Assembly: GCA_965216875.1 (NCBI GenBank)
Contig: OZ244207.1
Span: 4,416,001-4,480,000, forward strand
Reading direction: 5' to 3'
DNA length: 64,000 nucleotides
Source of the DNA: Rubripirellula sp.
GTDB lineage: Bacteria > Planctomycetota > Planctomycetia > Pirellulales > Pirellulaceae
Positions 57,549 to 64,000 of this stretch are shown piece by piece. The notes beneath the pieces were generated by a model. The model was not told where the DNA came from, searched no databases, and saw only the letters and a program-made list of their open reading frames with translations. Position numbers and translations under genes: made by a program. Numbering within the stretch: the first letter of the stretch is position 1; every line of letters starts with the position of its first letter.

Positions 57549-59024
57549 TCACTGGCCAGTGGGCACGACTTTGATGTCTGGTGGCTCTGCAATCTGTGGA
57601 TTGGTTTCAAGCAACTGGCTTCGTTCCAAGCGATCCTTGTTGATTTCCAACTTTCGTCGGTCGATCCAATCGCCTTCACGAAGGTCGACCAGGTTCAGCA
57701 TGGTCGTTTCACGCATCAGGTGGGGCTCGCCGTCAATGTTGACGCGGATCTCGCCCACCTTCCAACGATCGCCTTCGACAATCTGGTACACCAAGTCGAC
57801 GACATTGGCTTCGTCACGCATCACCGTCTGAGGTTCGACTTCGGCATAGATGAATCCAAGTTCACCGTATCCGTACACGATCTCGCTGACATCGCGTCGA
57901 AGGAGTGTTCCGTCAAACATGTCGCCCGGCTTGAGTTCCAACCGCGATCGAATCGATTCCTCGGTAATGAACTCGTTGCCGATCACTTGAATGTCATTCA
58001 CTTTGAAGCGTTCACCTTCTTTGATGACAAAGGTGACCGTGACCCACTTGCCGGTGGGATCGTATTCAAGCTGGCGTCCAACGGTTGCAGTTAAGAAACC
58101 GAGGTTGTGGTAGTAGCTGGCCAGGGTGTTGACATCTTGGTCAACCTTGCGAAGGTCGGCGGTGTTGCCCGCGTATGCGTAGACACCGACCATGGGGCCG
58201 CGACTCGCAATCACTTTCTTCAATCGTTGTTCGCTCAGGATGGTCGAACCCTTAATCCGGATTTCGGCGATCCGTTCTTTGGGACCTTCGTTGATGCGAT
58301 ACATGACCGCACCGGGTTCATCCTTGATGCCGATCACCGTGGTGATCGTCGCCTGGTTGAAACCTTCTTCGTGGTAGTAATCGAGCAGACGTCGCCTGCC
58401 CGATTCGATGGTGAACTCGTTGCGCGGGTCGCCTGGCGTGATGCCACTACGCCCCTTGAGTTCGCGATCACCGAGGCGGCGGTTTCCGTGGTAGATCACT
58501 TTGCTGATCGAGGGTAGTTCGTGCACGTAAAAAATGACGTCCACTCGACCGGGTTGGGTATTGAGTTTGAACGTGACATGATCGAACGACCCCATATCGT
58601 TCAAACGTCGAACGTCGCCGAGAACGGTTTCGTAGTCGTAAAAGCGATCGCGCCGCGTTTGCAGTTCTTGCAAAATGCGATGCGTGCCAACGGTCTTGTT
58701 GCCGACCACGCGCACCGACCCCACAATCGCGTCGCCTTTTTCACGGCGCACTGCGAGCCCATCGCGTGAATGGATATGGTCGCGGAATTTGGGACGTTGT
58801 TCCGGGCCCGGCGCTCCGCCACCGGCGGCACCACCTCCGGGGCCTCCGAAACCACCGCCGCCGCCGCCAAATTGGGCATCGACCGTTGCTGATGACAAAA
58901 GGATCATCAAACAAGCAACGGTGGCGTGCAATGTCCAACCAAGACAGCGACGCAACGAATCACGTACGAAAATGTGACGCATACTCTTCGGCATACTCTG
59001 GTGAATCTTCAATGGATCAGTCAT
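57549..59024 (-). CDS. POTRA-repeat protein (BamA periplasmic half)
   Basis: Five V/I-x-x-I-x-x-x-G repeats, Y...GF and V.EG motifs; ends without a barrel; start uncertain. Confidence 0.85.
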   Translation of the reverse strand: MTDPLKIHQSMPKSMRHIFVRDSLRRCLGWTLHATVACLMILLSSATVDAQFGGGGGGFGGPGGGAAGGGAPGPEQRPKFRDHIHSRDGLAVRREKGDAIVGSVRVVGNKTVGTHRILQELQTRRDRFYDYETVLGDVRRLNDMGSFDHVTFKLNTQPGRVDVIFYVHELPSISKVIYHGNRRLGDRELKGRSGITPGDPRNEFTIESGRRRLLDYYHEEGFNQATITTVIGIKDEPGAVMYRINEGPKERIAEIRIKGSTILSEQRLKKVIASRGPMVGVYAYAGNTADLRKVDQDVNTLASYYHNLGFLTATVGRQLEYDPTGKWVTVTFVIKEGERFKVNDIQVIGNEFITEESIRSRLELKPGDMFDGTLLRRDVSEIVYGYGELGFIYAEVEPQTVMRDEANVVDLVYQIVEGDRWKVGEIRVNIDGEPHLMRETTMLNLVDLREGDWIDRRKLEINKDRLERSQLLETNPQIAEPPDIKVVPTGQ

Positions 59025-59330
59025 CCGATCGCCCCCGACCCTCTCCGACAGTCTTTTCCGTCGGGCCGCCCGCAACCAAAAGGGATTGAGTTGCGGACAG
59101 AGCGGGGGACGATTCACCGGTAACTACTAATCTTTCGCCGGCGACCACAAGGCGGATTTGTCACCAAAAAGGCTCGATCGAACGTCGATTCAAAGAAAAA
59201 TGCGCAAGCCAGCCGATCAACTGGGATCTATACGCGAATCCGACGAGTTTCACGACGTTTTTGCCGAGTGAATTTGGACTCGCACTCGAGGTAGAACCTA
59301 CCGAGATTTCAGAAGCGAGATGAGCAACGA

Positions 59331-59795
59331 CTATTCGAGCGATGGCTCTGATTCGACCGCCACGTCCACGGTCTCCACCGGCAATTCAAGCCAGTCGGTG
59401 ATCAACATGCGCTGCACCAAGGGTTCATCAAGATGTTGCAACACGACATCCATGAGCTTGTTGCGGATTTGCGCTTGTGAGGGGTCGTTCAGCCACTCGG
59501 GGTCGCTTTGGCGAAGCAGTTGCTCGGAGGCTTCACGAATCTCCAAACGCATTTGCGTGATCCGTTCTTCGCCGCGATGCCGCTTGCTCGGATCGACGAT
59601 CGCGTGGAGCTGAAAGTGATAAACTTTCGAGAGGTCTTTGACAGGCTGAAATCGAAAACTACCGATCGCCACGGCGCTGCTTTGAGCCCCTTGAAGGCGA
59701 GCAACGCGACTGCGAACGTATCCGATGACAGCAGCGTGGACCGCTACCATCAAGAGAATCAGTGCAGCAACCCAGTAGCGACGAAACAGTTTCAC
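59331..59795 (-). CDS. FliL-like flagellar basal-body-associated protein
   Basis: N-terminal TM; IRE...LLR......L.DP...IR..L.......L....V....ITD. Confidence 0.7.
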   Translation of the reverse strand: MKLFRRYWVAALILLMVAVHAAVIGYVRSRVARLQGAQSSAVAIGSFRFQPVKDLSKVYHFQLHAIVDPSKRHRGEERITQMRLEIREASEQLLRQSDPEWLNDPSQAQIRNKLMDVVLQHLDEPLVQRMLITDWLELPVETVDVAVESEPSLE

Positions 59796-59979
59796 GACTT
59801 TTACGCCCTGATCAAGTTTTAGCCCTGCTCAAACCTCAATCCCTGCGAAAGGACGTCTTTCGCACGAATAAGACGGTCATGCCGGTTTTTCGGGCTCTCC
59901 AACAGACCGACCATTGAAGGATAGGTTACAAACCAGCACCGGGTCCAAACTTGCAATGCTTTCTACCTCGACGATCACG

Positions 59980-60960
59980 ATGAACCCTTCACCGCAAATC
60001 AACGATCGTCTCGACAAGGCGACTGCGGTGCGCATCATCATCTTTACCAGCCCCAAGGCGGGAAGCGGCGCCGGACGCGATCAGATTCCCAAGCTGCAAA
60101 CGTTGCTCGAAGAGGCTGGCGCAAGCGTCACCATCGCCCACTCGGTCGATCTGTTGATGGATTCAGTCGGTGATGATTTGGAAGGCGACGCCGAACGTCC
60201 GATTGTCGTCGCCGCAGGTGGCGACGGCACATTGGCCCTCGCCGCTCAATCGGTACCGCCCGATGTGCCACTTGTGCCGATGCCGATGGGCACTGAAAAC
60301 CTGCTTGCCAAACACTTTGTGCATCGCGCCGACGCCGGATCCGTTTGCTCGGTCATTCGTTTCGGCGACCAGGTTTCACTCGATGCCGGTCTGGCAACAA
60401 GTGCGGAAGGCCGGGCAAACAAACAACCTCGTCTGTTTCTCATCATGGCTTCGTGTGGATTCGATGCCGAAGTGGTTCGCGGGATGCACCTGACCCGCCG
60501 TGGCCACATCAACCGATTCAGCTACGCCAAACCGATCGTTCGAGCTTTGTTTCGGTATCAGTTCCCCAAACTTCGCGTGCGTGTTGATGGCCAGCCGATT
60601 CCCGATTCGGCATGGTGCATGGTTTTCAACATTTCTCGCTACGCAACGAATCTGAAAATCGAACCTGACGCCAAGGGTGACGATGGAAAGCTTGACCTCA
60701 TCGCTCTGGAAAAGGGTTCGCTGCTCAGCGGCTTGCGGTACCTAGGTGGCGTGGTCACCGGCCGCCACCTCAACATGAACGACGTCAACCGCCAGCGGGG
60801 CTGTGTGATCGAACTCGATTCCGACGCGCGTGTCCCCTACCAATTGGATGGCGATTATGTGGGGCACCTACCGCTGCGGATTGAGATCAAACCGGCACGC
60901 GTGCAGTTGCTGATTCCAAACCAACCTGCGACCGATTCTGGGGCGGGATCGGATAGGTGA
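59980..60960 (+). CDS. Diacylglycerol/lipid kinase family protein
   Basis: PKAG, AGGDGT, PMGTEN, GFDA and YQLDGD motifs. Confidence 0.92.
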   Translation: MNPSPQINDRLDKATAVRIIIFTSPKAGSGAGRDQIPKLQTLLEEAGASVTIAHSVDLLMDSVGDDLEGDAERPIVVAAGGDGTLALAAQSVPPDVPLVPMPMGTENLLAKHFVHRADAGSVCSVIRFGDQVSLDAGLATSAEGRANKQPRLFLIMASCGFDAEVVRGMHLTRRGHINRFSYAKPIVRALFRYQFPKLRVRVDGQPIPDSAWCMVFNISRYATNLKIEPDAKGDDGKLDLIALEKGSLLSGLRYLGGVVTGRHLNMNDVNRQRGCVIELDSDARVPYQLDGDYVGHLPLRIEIKPARVQLLIPNQPATDSGAGSDR

Positions 60961-60995
60961 TTGCTCTCTTTGGCCGAATCTCAGAAACTTGAAGC

Positions 60996-61856
60996 ATGAA
61001 CGCTTCAAATGAATCCGAGTCGTCGACCTCGTCCGTACAAATCGGCAGCTATCACTGTGGTCCCGGCAACCCTCTGCTTTTGATTGCCGGTCCGTGTGTG
61101 ATGCAGGACCGCGAACTGACGCTGCAGATCGCAGAACGGCTTGCTGCGATCAATGCGCAACCAGACGTCAACGTCGTCTTCAAGGCTTCTTTTGACAAAG
61201 CCAACCGCACCAGCCTTTCCGCCAAACGCGGCCCCGGCATCGATCAAGGACTCCGTTGGCTCGAAGAAGTCAGCCAGGCAACGGGGCTGCCAACGACGAC
61301 CGATGTCCACTTGCCAGAACAAGCTGCCCCCACGGCCGAAGTTTGCTCGGTATTGCAAATCCCCGCGTTTTTGGCCAGACAAACCGATTTGTTGGTCGCG
61401 GCTGCGAAAACGGGCAAAGCGGTCAACGTGAAAAAGGGCCAGTTCATGTCGCCCGAGGACATGCAATATGTCGTGCAAAAGGTACGCGGCAGCGGCGATG
61501 GCGGCGTGATGTTGTGCGAACGTGGCACCTTCTTTGGCTATGGCCGGCTCGTCAATGACATGCAATCGCTTCCGATCATGCGATCGTTGGGCGTTCCTGT
61601 CGTTTTTGATGCCACCCACAGCGTGCAGCGGCCAGGCGGCTTGGGTGGGGCGACGGGAGGAAACCGCGAAATGGTCGAACCATTGGCCCGCGCCGCCGTA
61701 GCAATCGGTACCGACGCACTCTTTTTCGAGACCCACCCCGAACCGGACACCTCCCCCAGCGATGGGGCAAACATGATTCCGCTGGGCGAATTCGGCTCGA
61801 TGATCGACCGTTTGTTGACACTACGGCGCGTGGTCACAGAGACGTTTGGCTCGTAG
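60996..61856 (+). CDS. kdsA: KDO8P synthase
   Basis: [33 protein letters not shown] and DATHSVQ. Confidence 0.97.
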   Translation: MNASNESESSTSSVQIGSYHCGPGNPLLLIAGPCVMQDRELTLQIAERLAAINAQPDVNVVFKASFDKANRTSLSAKRGPGIDQGLRWLEEVSQATGLPTTTDVHLPEQAAPTAEVCSVLQIPAFLARQTDLLVAAAKTGKAVNVKKGQFMSPEDMQYVVQKVRGSGDGGVMLCERGTFFGYGRLVNDMQSLPIMRSLGVPVVFDATHSVQRPGGLGGATGGNREMVEPLARAAVAIGTDALFFETHPEPDTSPSDGANMIPLGEFGSMIDRLLTLRRVVTETFGS

Positions 61857-61919
61857 TTCGCGCAACTTAACCTCCCTTTCCCAGCCTCGCTGAGACTCCC
61901 TGCCTAGCCGGTTTTTCTG

Positions 61920-63665
61920 ATGGTCCGTTTTCGCACGTTTCCTTGGCCACTGCTCGTCTTGGCTTGCGCCTTTCTGCTGCCAACCGGCTGTGACAACCAA
62001 TCGAAGGCAGTCCGCCAGATTCAGGCCCAGCGTCATGAGCTGGTCCAGCAACAATCCAAGCACGACCATCTGGGCGAAGTCTTTGAGCTGCTATCGGGGA
62101 TCGTCGAACTCAATCCCGAACAGGCGCGGCGGCAAATCGCCTACCACCTCAATCGTTGGCGCGAGTCACGTGACGACGCGATGGTGGCGGCACCCGAACT
62201 GCTCAAAACGCTCGGCGACCTCGTCCCCCCCGACAAACTGGCCGAAAGGGTCGAGCAGGAATTGTTTGTTGGCTCAGACGTCAATCACCTGCGCGATGCC
62301 TATTTGTTTCAACAGATCGTGAAATGGACGGATAGCGAACTTTGTGATGACCCGCTGATCGATGCCTGGTTGACCGAACAAGAGTCAACCCTTGGCGAAG
62401 ACAAAGCGTTGCAGCTTCGCACGGCAGCCAGATTGTTCGACTGGACCGTGCGCAACATTGCCTACGAAACGCCGATTCAACTAACGCCCCTTCAAGAAAC
62501 ACCACCACTTCCCGCAGGGCTCAAGTTTGGTGGCCCCGGATACCGCCAATCGGATTACCAAACGGTTTGGCGGGGAACGGGAGACGCATTACAGCGAGCC
62601 GGCGTTTTCACCCAGCTTTGTCGTCAGGCCGAAATCCCCGCTTTCCTGCTGTCAGTTCCTTCATCCGAAACCGGCGAACTCACGCCATGGTGTGTCGGTG
62701 TCTTGATCGGCGAAGAGATCTATTTGTTCGAACCGGAGTTGGGGATCTTTGTTCCGGGGCCGGACCAAATCGGGATTGCAACGTTCAAACAAGCTCGCCG
62801 TGATGCGTCCGTGATGCGACGCCTGACCGCACAGGGCTTCTTCGACTATCCGTTTAGTAAGAGCGATATTCAAACCTGCACGGCTCAACTGAATCTCCTT
62901 CCGGAAGGTGTCAGTTCTCGAATGAAAAACCTCGAGGAGTCGCTGACCGGTGAGCGTCGGATGCAGGTCTATACCGACGTCGATGAACTCGCCAAACGAA
63001 TCGACGATGTCAGCGGTATCGCCGGCGTACGGCTATGGCTCGTACCGCTGCAAGCCGAGGTGTACCGAACGGCTCTTGAACGTGCCGCAACGCGCGACCC
63101 AATTTTTCAGTTTTGGTACGTTTCGCGGTGGGCCATCATGGATGCGGACATGGATATGTCGCGCAACTTGTCACTCGGTCGTTGGCGCCACCTACACGGC
63201 CAGTTCGATAACAGTGATGACGAGATTGTCAAAGGTGCTCGGCCACTCTACCTCGGACAACGAGCCCCTGAATTCGAAATCGAAAAACTGACGATCGACG
63301 TCAACCTTCAAAAGCAATACGGCATTCGCCGCGAACTCGGTGCTGACCCTCGCGTCTATGAGAATCAGATTCGCCAAGTCCAAGGATTGATGCAGCTTGG
63401 CAAACGCACGGCAACCTACTGGCTCAGCCTGATTCAGTACGATGACGGCCGCTACGATGTTGCCCAAAACTGGTTCGTCAAGCGCGCCCTACACGAAGAG
63501 CAACAATCCCTTTGGTTCCCCGCTGCTCGTTACAATCTCGCGCGGACTCTCGAACGGTTGGGCGAAACCGACCGCGCCATCGAACTCCTCAAGACAGACA
63601 AAGAACCTCAAGAGCATGGCAATCGAATCCGAGCAAGGCTGATCGCGAAAGCGGCCGAAAAGTAA
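61920..63665 (+). CDS. Lipoprotein with a degenerate transglutaminase-like domain and a C-terminal TPR
   Basis: LPTGC lipobox; FDWTVRNI, GTGDALQRA..F..LCRQ; ARYNLAR. Confidence 0.75.
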   Translation: MVRFRTFPWPLLVLACAFLLPTGCDNQSKAVRQIQAQRHELVQQQSKHDHLGEVFELLSGIVELNPEQARRQIAYHLNRWRESRDDAMVAAPELLKTLGDLVPPDKLAERVEQELFVGSDVNHLRDAYLFQQIVKWTDSELCDDPLIDAWLTEQESTLGEDKALQLRTAARLFDWTVRNIAYETPIQLTPLQETPPLPAGLKFGGPGYRQSDYQTVWRGTGDALQRAGVFTQLCRQAEIPAFLLSVPSSETGELTPWCVGVLIGEEIYLFEPELGIFVPGPDQIGIATFKQARRDASVMRRLTAQGFFDYPFSKSDIQTCTAQLNLLPEGVSSRMKNLEESLTGERRMQVYTDVDELAKRIDDVSGIAGVRLWLVPLQAEVYRTALERAATRDPIFQFWYVSRWAIMDADMDMSRNLSLGRWRHLHGQFDNSDDEIVKGARPLYLGQRAPEFEIEKLTIDVNLQKQYGIRRELGADPRVYENQIRQVQGLMQLGKRTATYWLSLIQYDDGRYDVAQNWFVKRALHEEQQSLWFPAARYNLARTLERLGETDRAIELLKTDKEPQEHGNRIRARLIAKAAEK

Positions 63666-63694
63666 ACGGCCTTTTGTACGTGAGCGTGTGCATC

Positions 63695-64000
63695 CTAAGG
63701 CAAACGCTCGATGCGTATTCGTTTCAAATGTGGTGTGATCATCGGCAACGCGTTGTCGACGATTCCTTCTTCTGACAGTTCCGTCATGCTGCGGCTTGAG
63801 TCAACGTCGCACGACTTAAGGATCACCAGCTCAGCCGCTCGAAGCTGTGCCGCCAACAACGCTGCGATGGCGTCGGTTGTTGTGTCCCAGGTGGCTGGCA
63901 ACAGGCGGGCAAAATCTCCCGCGGAATCGCGTCCATAAAACGACCGCACCGAGACCACCGACGTCGATCCCTCGGGCAAACAATCAACGGCAGAGGCCAG
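63695..64000 (-). CDS. Amino-acid-kinase family protein, MfnE-like (5'-truncated by the window edge)
   Basis: LPATWDTTTDAIAALLA...LVILKS and GIVD motifs; frame open to the window end. Confidence 0.7.
   Translation of the reverse strand: MASAVDCLPEGSTSVVSVRSFYGRDSAGDFARLLPATWDTTTDAIAALLAAQLRAAELVILKSCDVDSSRSMTELSEEGIVDNALPMITPHLKRIRIERLP

Noticed and set aside
57421..57549. bamA pseudogene caused by a frameshift
   Set aside because: The downstream ORF has its own start and lipoprotein-like signal, and both halves look intact. Retained as a split-gene hypothesis instead.

Overview
Bacterial chromosomal window, most likely from a planctomycete (Pirellulaceae-like). This is inferred from gene content: TIGR03067, SHD1 and DUF11 proteins, an ECF sigma/Ser-Thr kinase pair, a sulfatase, and methanofuran-type C1 genes. 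It contains a core block (rnd, recO-bamD-like-lptE-folP, dnaG-rpoD, coaE-rho-ribH, a second rho, tRNA-Ser, kdsA) and many REP-like intergenic palindromes. The most unusual parts are: (1) a ~230-255 bp composite-repeat array at 38.7-41.8 kb with genes lodged between or inside the units; (2) an eight-gene SPFH-speD-DUF4178-GGGK peptide-DUF350-speE-oxidoreductase-membrane protein operon; (3) a membrane-inserted orphan Pup-ligase/Dop homologue; (4) a BamA split inside its last POTRA domain; (5) a promoter-to-terminator ~270-nt transcript carrying a 13-codon Cys-rich sORF; (6) a membrane-anchored protein with an integrase-like N-terminal domain. All product calls come from motif recognition by eye, and no database searches were run. 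Start codons are best estimates.
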